This document shows, in pieces, positions 12,601-24,610 of a stretch of DNA of 64,000 nt. Within the stretch, counting starts at the first letter, position 1. Each line of letters begins with the position of its first letter. The position numbers and the translations under genes are program-made. Origin of the DNA: Haplodiscus bocki (Eukaryota). The notes beneath the pieces were generated by a model. That model was not told where the DNA came from. It made no database searches and worked only from the letters and a program-made list of their open reading frames with translations. The stretch lies in the NCBI GenBank assembly GCA_965655095.1, contig OZ296649.1, positions 104,036,001-104,100,000 of the forward strand, given 5' to 3'.

Positions 12601-15600
12601 GGTATATTTCGGTAATGTAAAAAGATATGGTTTAGCTCGGCAAGGTCTCAGAATAGAGTATAGTTCGACAATGTAATAGGATGGGGTATAACCTCAGTGA
12701 CGTCTGCGTAAGATTAGTTTAGCAGGAAAATCTGAAAAAAATGTAGATATTATAGCAACTTGACTGTAGCAGTGCAAAAAAAATAGTGGCGAAAAAATGT
12801 AGCAATTTTTACCCATTAAATGTCAACATATAGGCATATATCGCAAAAAAAATCTGCCTTAAAAAAGAAATACCAGTTATAAAAGAAGTTGTCAATCACT
12901 TTCCGCTACGCCTGCGGATACTATTTTGACCTAGTGCTATGTAAAAAGATTCATTTTAAGCTCGAGAAATTAGTTCGAGAGTACAATTTTTAACAGAAAC
13001 AATGTATAAACTGCAAGTTTAAATTCATGCAGACTACAAAAACGATGATTTTTCACGTCTCTGCCTATATTGTACGCCTGCAAGTACTCATTTGCTATGT
13101 CAACATATGTTTGCAACGTAATATTAACAGATTTTTGTTAACAAGAACGGGTTTGAGTGTTGTTTCTGATCCGCGCAACGCATTGAGAGACAAGTAAGGT
13201 CGTCTGATGTAACAGCTTAGGTTTTCAATTCGCTCAATGTACAATGATAATATTGTGTACTGCAACTTTTTACGTTCTGTAGAGCCGTATTTCATCAACT
13301 AGAACAAGCAATGTTCACCGTCGTACCTCTTGTCCTGATGTTTACCATGATCACTCCTGGTCCTTATACTCAAAGTAAACAAACAAAGATATTTCATGCT
13401 AAAAGTAATTTGAAGCTAAACTGTGAGAACAAATGTCATTGATAACCAAAAGTGATTGTGTAAGTATTACAAATCTCAATCATACAGTCAGACACATATG
13501 CCAAGTAGTTGACGTTTGTTCTAAAGTGCTTCAGGATTTTCATGACTATTGTTTCTTCAACATGTTTGATCTATTAGTCGTGGGAATTATTTTCAGTTTC
13601 TTCTGATTGAAAAACTACAAAAACATAGCTTTGCGTTACAGCATGACCAATAAGCAGTACTTTTGCATCGAAGAGTTCCTCAAATAACACAAAATAGTTT
13701 AAATGCTCAGCAACGTAGTCTGCATGTCTGCAAGATACCACAAAAAACTTGTGAAAGTTGAGAGATAAACTGTGTACTCAGGCTTTCTTTGCGTTTGTGT
13801 ACCCAAATCATGGAATTTGAGGACAAGCAAGCATACAAAATTTTTGAGACAGGAGTCTTAGTTTGAAAATCAAAGAACATTAAACCAAATCAAGCAATTT
13901 TTTTTACTTTGGTAGCATTATGCCTAAAGCTGAATGATAAACTCATGTGTCTTATGGCTTCTGTTAATTTGAAGACCAAATCAATACCGACAGTATACGC
14001 AGAAGGTAGGCGAAAAGTTGAGGCGACCGGCTCTAAACGCTATCAAAATACATAGTGGAACAAAATCGACTCAGATCGCACCTCCTAATACATTGACGGA
14101 TTCATACACTCTGTTTTTTGTCAAAAAATCCCAATCTTAGCTCAATTTAATGACTCGGACACCCAAATCCAAACCATACAAAATTATATTACCGAAGTGT
14201 ACCCGGTCTTAATACATTAGTGGATAGTGTACGCTTTTTTATTAAAGCCTGCTTTATTACATTGTTGAGCTATACCCAACATTTTTACATTGCTGAGCTA
14301 TACCCAATCTAAACACATTGTTGAGGTATACCCAACATTAAAACACTGCTGAGCTATACACTTCCTTAGTACATTGTCGAATTATGACCAATCTAAATAA
14401 ACTGCTGTTGGTTTTCGCGCAACGTTGTTGGCAGCCAATCAGAATCGAGTAATATGCCACCAAATAGCGCTATGAAAAATCGACATGATTAAATTAAAAA
14501 CAGACAACCTAATAACTACTTGTACTTATGTGGGCGCAAAGTTAAAACCAATGCCATAAAAGGAAATCCTGTAGATCAATCATCATGCAATAGTTTCAGC
14601 GGGCTGCATCACGAGTATGAAGTTCGTAAAACAGTTCCGTAAGTGGTTTGAAGCAAGAAGCGATCAACGTACACAGAGAAAAGCGTGGAGAGACTACAAG
14701 GTTCATTGATATTTGAAAAAAATGGACTTAACCTGTGACAGGAAGCCGCTTCCATTTATAGATAATAACCCGACCGACTTGAACCACAAAATTTGAAAGT
14801 AGTACAATATGTGTTTTTATCGGTCAAAATAGAAGAATCCGTACACTCAATGGAAGCGACAAAGATGAATGGGTAGATAAGTAGGGTTAAAATTACTTGG
14901 AGGATGCTTTGTAACTTGTTACTTGCAAGAGAAAAATTTGCAGCTTTCAGGAGAGGCACCGGAGAGTTGTCTACGAAAAGTGCAGTCAAGTTTCAACGGT
15001 CATTCGAGAAAACTAAAGAAGTAACGAGAGGTAAGTCCGGGAAATTGTTGAGAAATTGGGACACTGAGTAAAATGAATTGTCTCAGTTGAACACCTCCTC
15101 TTATGCCGTCAAACAAATGCTTATTCTAGTTTGTGTTCCACATTTTTCACAAGTAACTTTTTTGCTGCGTTAGAGGGAAGAAATTTGAGTAATAGTAGTA
15201 TAACGTAAGTTCGTGAAGTAAACATAAAATTTGTAACAACTTGAATGAACCAATGAAAAAGAAATAATGACGAAAAAATGTAGCAAGTGCCACTCATTAT
15301 TTTATACCATATATGGAAAGACCGTAAAAAAAAAACAGATCAAGCATAAAGGGAAATACCAACCGTAAGGGGAGCTCTCAATCAGTTTCTTTTGTTTTAA
15401 AAACCGACTATATACCTTTAAAAACTAGTTAAAAGGATGAAAGAGCTTGTATGTCAAAACAACTCAAGTGGAACGAGTTACGAGTTCCCCCTTTATGGTG
15501 ACACTGTCTGGGAAAATTTTTCATGCGGATTAACATCGCCAGACAGCGTGCCTGAGAAAATCAATCAAGCGGAGCAGAGTCCCCTGATAAGGCGACAGGT

Positions 15601-17616
15601 TGTCTGGAGAAATTAGTTTGAACGAATGACTGAAAAACAAAATAGTGTTAAAACTTGCATCAGGTCCCTGATAAAGGAAACACCTCCCATATATGGAAAT
15701 CGTTGTAGCTTTGACCAAAAAAGGAAAGATTTTCCATATTAAGCAGGAATGAATCGGTTAAGCTTGTATAAAAGCAGCAACTTGCCATTCTGAAAATTGA
15801 TTCTTCAAAAATCTTCCTCAACAGCAGCTCGCTTCTTCCAACTACCAACGTACCCAACCACTGGTGAAATTTCTCAACAATACCTTCCTGCGATCAGATT
15901 TCAGTGCTCAACCTTTGTCGAAATGGAATACCTTTTCCTATTACAGGAAACGATGTCTGACTGTGGTTCCATGCAAATACGAAACAACAGAAAACATTAA
16001 AAGTTTTCTGGATCTACAACTGATCTTCCAAAGGTGAAACTAATTTCCTGGAAGATATGGATACAGTAGTGCAAGAGTTGACTAAATTTGTAGACTTGTT
16101 TCATTCTACGTGACATGAACCTTGACATTCCAACAAATTCTCCAATTACTAAGAACTATCTGAAAACCACAAAACAAAATGGTTTCTCCCTACTAACATT
16201 GAGTCCAAGGAGAGTTACGGAAAACTCATCGACCACAATTGATCATGTGATACATTAAATGTGATCTCCACAAAAGCAAGATTCTCAAAAAATTGTCGCA
16301 GACTGAAGTGAACGGCCTCGAGTTCAGCTTGTCAGTAAATCTCGACAACGATTAGTCAAGTGAGCGCTGGATGCGTCTCCATCCGATTGGAAGTCTTCGA
16401 AAACAAACGACACGGAACTTTCGACCTTTCAAACGGAAGTTGAGATATTTCGAATTAGGCGTTCAAACAAGGCCATCCCGGTAACTCAACAGACAACGAA
16501 AAATCAAAAAGCACTGTTTGAACGCATTTCCACCAGTAGCTTCCAGGAAAGTCATTTCTGAAAAGAACAAATGGGAATTTTCTTCTTTCAATTTATTGAT
16601 GCATTCCCGCAAAATTACATATCATACTTTCCCACTGAATTCAAGCCAGCAATCAAGCAAGCGAGCGAAAAGTTGCTTGCAGCTTGCAAATAACGTGCAA
16701 TTTGACATTTGTTGCCAGTACAATGGAAGTACACACCGTATCTGTGTTCATGACACTTGGTATCGCAAATGTAACACAGAGCCAAAGCTTGGCTTCGCAA
16801 ACATTAGCGACAAGACGCCGACTTCCAGTAGACAATCATTAAAAAAATGCAAACTAAAGGCTTCATCAAAATTTGCGAACGTCAGCAAATCTTCAAAAAT
16901 TAAATAGCTCTACATTGAAAACAAACAGCAAATACCCTGTCAGTGACAAAAACGTTCGATTTTGGTTGATCAACGGAACAAAACTGACATTCAAACTCCG
17001 AGAAAACATTACAGTATTTACGCAGCAATTTGAAATTACTTCAAGCAAACAACACAAGTAGAAACAATGTCAATTCTCAAACATCAGACAGCTCGCGGTA
17101 AAACGTCAAAATAGACCATCCCAGCAGCAGATCAGAAGCTTCATGTAGCGAATAGTTCAATCAGCACTGGTTAGAACTAATCCGACCATTAGCCATTGGA
17201 AAAATCTACACTTAATAAACGACGCAACTAAAAACATCGTTGACTTTCAGACTAAAGTTCGGAAACTTTCGTCTAAAAAATAAAGAAAAGTTGATCCCAG
17301 TCACTAAGAAGGATATCTGCGTGACAAGATTTCCAATACGCACTGGTCGGAGAGGCAATCTGACCATTAGCTTTCAAGAAAATTATTTCTGAAAAAGTTT
17401 TCGTGTTTCGAATCTTCATGGAACTCCCGTGAAAATTGAAAAACAACTTCGCGTCGAATTCAAGCAAGAAAGTGATAAGTTCCGTGCAATTTGCTAGTAA
17501 CCTACAAGTTGTTAATGGTCAACAAAAAGTAACCTCAAGTCTGTGCTAATGACACTTGCTATCACAAAAGTGTTACGGCGGCAAAGATGTCCTTCACAAA
17601 CACTCGCAATATTCAA

Positions 17617-20600
17617 AGGGTACAGAGTGGGGTGTTTTACTCAATTTCGGCAATGTGGGACTACTTTTTCCTCCGAAATCGTGGACATTGTATTACGATA
17701 GGAATTGATTTTCGGTAAAGGTTTAAGAAAAGGTGTGCCATTCAGTGTTGAGCTATTATGGGCTTTAGGGTTTTGCAACTTATAAAGTTACGAAATGGGG
17801 TTTGAAGACTCACTTTCGGCACTGTGAGACCTAATTTTTTTTTCAAAGATTTGGAATTTTTTCTAAGAACGTTTCTGGCATACCTGCTGCTGAACAACAC
17901 CCTTGGGGAAAGTTTGTTATGCTTGCGGTTAAATTTTACGCTTGTGGATACTGTTGTGACCTAATACTACGAGAAAACACACTTCGGTAATGTAACGAGA
18001 TAGGGTATATTTCGGTAATGAAAAAGATATGGTTTAGCTCGGCAAGGTCTCAGAATAGAGTATAGTTCGACAATGTATTAGGATGGGGTACACCTCAAAG
18101 ACGTCTGCGTAATACTAGTTTAACAGAAAAATCTGAAAAAAATGTAGATATTATAGAAACTTGACTGTAGCAGTGCAAAAAAAACAGTGGCGAAAATATG
18201 TAGCAAAGTTTACCCATTAAAAGTTACCATATAGGGATATATCGCAAAAAAATCTGCTTTAAAAAAGAAATACCAGACATAAAAGAAGTTGTCAATCACT
18301 TTCTGCTACGCCTGCGGATACTGTTTTGACCTAGTGTTATGTGAAAAGATTGACTTTAAGCTCGAGAAATTAGTTTGAAAGTACAATTGTTAACAAAAAC
18401 ATTGTATAAACTGCACGTTTAAATTCATGCAGACTACAAAAACGACGATTTTTCACGTCTCTGCCTATATTGTACGCCTGCAAGTACTCATTTGCTATGT
18501 CAACAAATGTTTGCAACGTAATATTAACAGATTTTTGTTAATAAGAACGGGTTTCTGATCCGCGCAACGCATTGAGAGACAAGTAAGGTCGTCTGATAAT
18601 GTTACAGCTTGTGTTTTCAATTCGCTCGATGTACAATGATAATGTTGTATACTGTAACTTTCTACGTTCTGTTAAAGCCGTATTTCTTTAACTAGAAAAA
18701 GGAATGTTCACTGTCGTAACTCTTGTCCTGATGTTTACCATCATCTCTCTTGGTCCTTATACTCAAAGTAAACAATCAAAAATATTTCATGCTAAAAATA
18801 ACTTGAAGCTAAATTGTGAGAAAAAATGTCGTTGATAACCAAAAGTGATTGTGTAAGTGTTACAAATCTCAATCATACAGTCAGACATATATGCAATGTA
18901 GTTGACGTTTGTTCTAAAATGCTTAAGGATTTTCATGACTATTGTTTCTTCAACATGTTTGATCAATTAGTCGTGGGAATTGTTTTCAGTTTCTTCTGAT
19001 TGAAAAACTACAAAAACATAGCTTTGCGTTACAGCATGACCAATAAGCAGTACTTTTGCATCGAAGAGTTCCTCAAATAACAAAAAATAGTTTAAATGCT
19101 CAGCAACGTAGTCTGCATGTCTGCAAGATACCACAAAAAACTTGTGAAAGTTGAGAGATAAACTGTGTACTCAGGCTTTCTTTGCGTTTGTGTACCCAAA
19201 TCATGGAATTTGAGGACAAGCAAGCATACAAAATTTTTGAGACAGGAGTCTTAGTTTGAAAATCAAAGAACATTAAACCAAATCAACCAATTTTTTTTTA
19301 CTTTGGTAGCATTATGCCTAAAGCTGAATGATAAACTCATGTGTCTTATGGCTTCTGTTAATTTGAATACCAAATAATACCGACAGTATACGCAGAAGGT
19401 AGGCGAAAAGTTGAGGCGACCGGCTCTAAACGCTATCAAAATACATAGTGGAACAAAATCGACTCGGATCGCTCCTCCCAATACATTGACGGATTCATAC
19501 ATCCTGTTTTTTGTCAAAAAATCCCAATCTTAGCTCAATTTAATGACTCGGACACCCAAATCCATACCATACAAAATTATATTACCGAATTGTACCCGGT
19601 CTTAATATCTTAGTGGATAGTGTACGCTTTTTTATTAAATCCTTCTTTATTACATTGTTGAGCTATACCCAACATTTTTACATTGCTCAGCTATACCCAA
19701 TCTTATCACATTGTTAAGGTATACCCCACATTGAAACATTGCGGAGCTATACACTGCCTTAGCACATTGTCGAAATATGACCGATCTAAATATAATGCTG
19801 TCGGTTTTCGAGCAACGTTGTTAGGAGCCAATCAGAATCGAGTAATACGCCACCCAATGGCGCAATGAAAAATCGACATGACTAAATTAAAAACAGACAA
19901 CCTAATAACTTCTTGTACTTATGTGGGCGCAAAGTTAAAACCAATGCCATAAAAGGAAATCCTGTAGATCAATCATCATGCAATAGTTTCAGCGGGCTGC
20001 TTCACGAGTATGAAGTTCGTAAAACAGTTCCGTAAGGGGTTTGAAGCAAGAAGCGATCAACGTACACCGAGAAAAGCGTGGGGAGACTACATGGTTGATT
20101 GATATTTGAAAAAAATGGACTTAACCTATGACAGGAAGCCGCTTCCATTTATCGATAATAACCCGACCGACGAACCAGAAAAATTGAAAGTAGTACAATA
20201 TGTGTTTTTATCGGTCAAAATAGAAGAATCCGTACACTCAATGGAAGCGACAAAGATGAATGGGTAGATAAGTAGGGTTAAAATTACTTAAAGGACGCTT
20301 TGTAACTTGTTACTTGCAAGAGAAAAATTTCCAGCTTTCAGGAGAGGCACCTGAGAGTTGTCAACGAAAAGTGCAGTCAAGTTTCAACGGTCATTCGAGA
20401 AAACTAAAGAAGTAACGAGATGTAAGTCTGGGAAATTGAGAAATTGGGACACTGAGCAAAATGAAGTGTCTCAGTTGAACACCTCCTCTTATGCCGTCAA
20501 ACAAATGCTTATTCTAGTTTGTGTTCCACATTTTTCACAAGTAACTTTTTTGCTGCGTTAGAGGGAAGAAATTTGAGTAATAGTAGTATAACGTAAGTTC

Positions 20601-23600
20601 GTGAAGTAAACATAAAATTTGGAACAACTTGAATGAACCAATGAAAAAGAAATAATGGCGAAAAAAATGGAGCAAGTGCTACTCATTATTTTATACCATA
20701 TATGGAAAGACCGTAAAAAAAAACAGATCAAACATAAAGGGAAATACCATTCGTAAAGGGAGCTCTCAATCAGTTTCTTTTGTTTTAAAAACCGACTATA
20801 TACCTCTAAAAACTAGTTAAAAGGATAAAAGAGCTTGTATGTCAAAACAACTCAAGTGGAACGAGTTACGAGTTCCCCTTTTATGGTGACAGACTGTCTG
20901 GGAAAAATTTTCATGCGGATTAACATCGCCAGACAGCGTGCCTGAGAAAATCACTCAAGCGGAGCAGAGTCCCCTCAAGGGCGACAGGTTGTCTGGAGAA
21001 GTTAGTTTGAACAAATGACTGAAAAAAAATAGTGTTAAAACTTGCATCAGGTCCCTGATAAAGGAAACACCTCCCATATATGGAAATCGTTGTAGCTTTG
21101 ACCAAAAAAGGAAAGGTTTTCCATATAAAGCAGGAATGAATCGGTTAAGCTTGTACAAAAGCAGCAACTTGCCATTCTGAAAATTGATTCTTTAAAAATC
21201 TTCCTCAACAGCAGCAACTCGCTTCTTCCAACTACCAACGTACCCAACCACTGGTGAAATTTCTCAACAATACCTTCCTACGATCAGATTTCAGTGCTCA
21301 ACCTTTGTCGAAATGGAATAACTTTTCCTATTACAGGAAACGATGTACAACTACAATAAATCCGCCTCCTCATGATCCTACAAGGCTTGCAATTCATTGA
21401 ATTTTGCGTCTGGAAGATGATCTTATATCAAATTGTGGTCCGAATGTCAAAAAGACTGTTTCTTTTGATGACGTTGTACACTTCATTGAAGAGGAGAACA
21501 TGATGACTTATGTAGATTTTGATTGTGGCTTTACGTTCTTCCCTGAAACTCCTACAAAAGTCAGACAGATCAACCGAGAACGGGAATTACATTTCCAGAT
21601 CCTTTGAAAAACCCCAATACATTCCCAGCAACGATCAACATACTTGTTCTGTTGATGAGCAGAATAGCTCTATATCTTTCTGAACCCGTACAATTTATGG
21701 GACATGCTTCCAGCCACTCTTATGTCACTCAACCGCACTAATTTTACATACTCCATGTTCAATCAGTGCCCACAACCAACAACTCAACAACCTAGAACAG
21801 ACTCATATCCGGTGTTCTCTTCATTGCGAACGATGGAAAGTAAGAAGAAAGGATTGCGCGTCAGCTTTGCATTCTTTCAAATTACTTACCGGACGGACGA
21901 GTGAACGAAACAGTTGCTACGGTTGAAGACTTGAGTGATCTCTGGAAGCCCGGAGCAATGGATGGAATTCCACCGTTTGTGATCAACTGTAATTGTATTC
22001 AAGTGTAGCTATTTGTTTCAGTTGTTTGATTTCTATTGTTTGATGGTGCGATATTTGTTGTTTTCTGAAAATTTACTTTTTTCTTTTCTTTGATGACTTT
22101 GAGGAGTAAAAGCTCATTGACAACTTCTATGTAAGGTAACACTCCCTTAGGCAGCCGAAGCCGGAATTTATCTAAGTACATTGCAGAAGTTCGCCCTAGC
22201 GTAATACATAAATGAACGCCCTCCTCAGTCGCTACTCTCTATAACCTACTTCCGTACTTGATAAGGTCGGCCCTCTGCCTTATCAAAGGACATGACATCA
22301 TCATAAATGAGTCATCAAAACCAGACTACTTATCTCTGTACGTTGCAAACCTCATAGTCTCTAGTAGAAAAATGTTGAATACCATTCCCTATCTGATTAT
22401 ATCGATGAACACAGGGTTGACTGTCTTAATAGGTATTGTTACGTTGATCATGAAATCTTTAAATCGTAAAATTTTTAATTCAGAACATGACAAGACGAAA
22501 AAATCTTAATTCAAAATCTGACAAGACGAAAAATTTTTAATTCAAAATCATGTTTCTTACAAAAAGTTTTTCATTCAAAATCATGCTTTTTAAAAAAGAA
22601 TTTAAATTCAAATTCATGCTTTTTCAAATCGTGCTTTTTAAAATTGCCGGTAAAACGCAAAATTTGCTCTTTTTACGGGGTAAATAGAATCAAAACGTGA
22701 TTTTTTGTGAGCAAAAAAATTTTAAAAATCTGCTTTTTTAAGATAATTTTTCCTTCAAATCGTGCTTTTTTAAAATAATTTTTCCTTCAAAATCGTGCTT
22801 TTTAAAATAATTTTTTCTTCAAAATCGTGCCTTTTAAAAATATGTCTTTCTTCAAAATCATGGTTTTTAAAATATAAATTTCTTCAAAATCTGAGGCGTT
22901 GTAAAATTTTTGATTCAGAATATGACAAGACGAAAAAATTGTAATTCAAAACCTGACAAGCTTTAACTCTTTCTCCGAAAACTGATTTTTATCTTGTTTC
23001 TCAGGCTCTGACTGAATGATGATAACTTCTGTCGGCGTTAACACCAACTGAATTGAGAGAGGAGAATCAAAAGACAATGTCTGTTATAGATTTAGTCGCA
23101 CGATGTACAACTGAAAGCTGTCACACGTCAATTCGTCTCTCAATGTGTGAGGAATAGCATTAAGACAACACACAATTTTTACAAACATTACGGACAGATC
23201 TCTGTGGAGTAAAAAAATGCAGCACATCAGCAGTGTTTCTAAAATACATCTTTGTGAAAACAAAAGAGAACGCATTTTAGTTAGAATTCCATCCATTTTC
23301 TCCAATAGTTTTGTGTTAGCAACAAAGAGAGGAAGAGCGATTGAAAGAAGCTGACATCTAAACAGCATCTGCCCGATATTTGGTGCGGGAAGTTACCTAC
23401 CATAGTCTTGACACTTTTCAAAACTGACAATGCTTAATCGAAAATCGAATCTTAAGACAGGTGTGGCTCAAAACATACCTTAGATTTCCCATAAAGTACC
23501 GACCCTTAAACTCATCTTCGAAAATTGCAGAATTAAAGCATGCTTTGATGCACAAGTGTACGACCTCTCAGCTTCAAGTCTATTTCACAGTTTTTCAATG

Positions 23601-24120
23601 TCTGCAGGATCTGGATCCATACGGTATCATAAGACATCGTCGAACACAATCAGTGCGGATCGCACATCATAACACATTATCCGTCTTATACACTCTATGC
23701 ACTCGGTATTTGCGGAAAGCGTAAACTTACCTCCAGTCAAGAACTCGGGCACCCAAATCCATACCATACATTATTCTTTTGCGGAAATTTACCCTGTCTC
23801 AATACATTGGTGGGGAGTGTACGCTATCTTATTACTTTGCCGAGGTATGCGCTGTCTTATTACTCTGTTGAGCTTTACCCAACATTAATACATTGCTGAG
23901 GTATACTCTACCTCAATACTTTGCTGAGCTATACCCAATGCTAACACATTGCTGCGGTATATCCAGCCTATTACATTGCTGAGTAAATCTCAAGTTTAAT
24001 GCATTGATGAGCTATACCGAATTCTAACACTTCGTTGAGGTATATCTTGTCTTATCAAATTGCAGAGCTAATCCAAATCTTAAAACATTGCCGATGTATA
24101 CCCTGTCTTATTACATTGCT
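17617..24120 (+). repeat. Left arm of giant inverted repeat (terminal ~570 bp deleted)
   Basis: Mirror ORF pairs in the track: 19683..19868+/28359..28544- (identical peptides), 19263..19517-/28710..28943+, 22258..22509+/25848..26099-, 23084..23368-/25022..25306+. Confidence 0.96.
22460..23410. mobile_element. Interspersed repeat with AT-rich ~31-bp satellite core (Helentron/HINE-like), mirrored at ~24975-25900
   Basis: Tandem TTCAAAATC(G/A)TGCTTTTTAAAA and CTGACAAGACGAAAAATTTTTAATTCAAAA units, ending near GTTACCTACCATAGTCTTG. The class assignment is inference. Confidence 0.45.
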
Positions 24121-24610
24121 GGGTATACGTCAGCAATATTTCAAGATTGGGAACATCTCAGCAATGTAATAGGACAGGGTATACATCAGCAAGGTTTTGA
24201 GATTGGGATTAGCTCTGCAATGTTAAGACAAAATATGCCCCAGCAATGTTATAAGATTAGGAACAGCTAAGCAATGTAATAAGTCAGGGTATACATCAGC
24301 AATTTCTTAAGATTGGGAATAGCTCAGCAATTTAATAAGACAAGATATACCTCAACGAAGTGTCAGGATTCGGTATAGCTCATCGGTGCATAAAACTTGA
24401 GAATTACTCAGCAATGTAATAGGCTGGATATACCGCAGCAAAGTTTTAGCATTGGGTATAGCTCAGCAAAGTAATGAGGTAGAGTAAACCTCAGCAATAT
24501 ATTATTGTTGGGTATAGCTCAACAGAGTAATAAGGCAGCGCATACTTCAGCAAAGTAATAAGATAGCGTACAGTACCCACCAAAGTATTAAGACAGGGTA
24601 AATTTCCGCG
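23780..24610. repeat. Central minisatellite (30-bp subunits, 60-bp dimer) containing the fold-back point
   Basis: ACATTGCTGAG(C/G)TATAC units run to 24120, then reverse-complement units start at 24121. The right side carries extra units. Confidence 0.9.

Larger units (their letters stand above)
1..17616. repeat. Large head-to-tail tandem array, unit ~7.87 kb (copies start at 1, 7876, 15748; third copy deleted after ~17616; array may extend left of the window)
   Basis: AATGAATCGGTTAAGCTTG recurs at 1, 7876 and 15748. The ORF track repeats with offsets 7875/7872 (e.g. 774, 8649, 16518). Copies 1 and 2 differ only at scattered single bases. Unit = flank X (213-3772) plus the first ~4.3 kb of the fold-back arm (3773-8087). 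Confidence 0.97.

Noticed and set aside
1-15747. rDNA or histone gene tandem unit
   Set aside because: No rRNA-like or histone sequence in the 7.87-kb unit.
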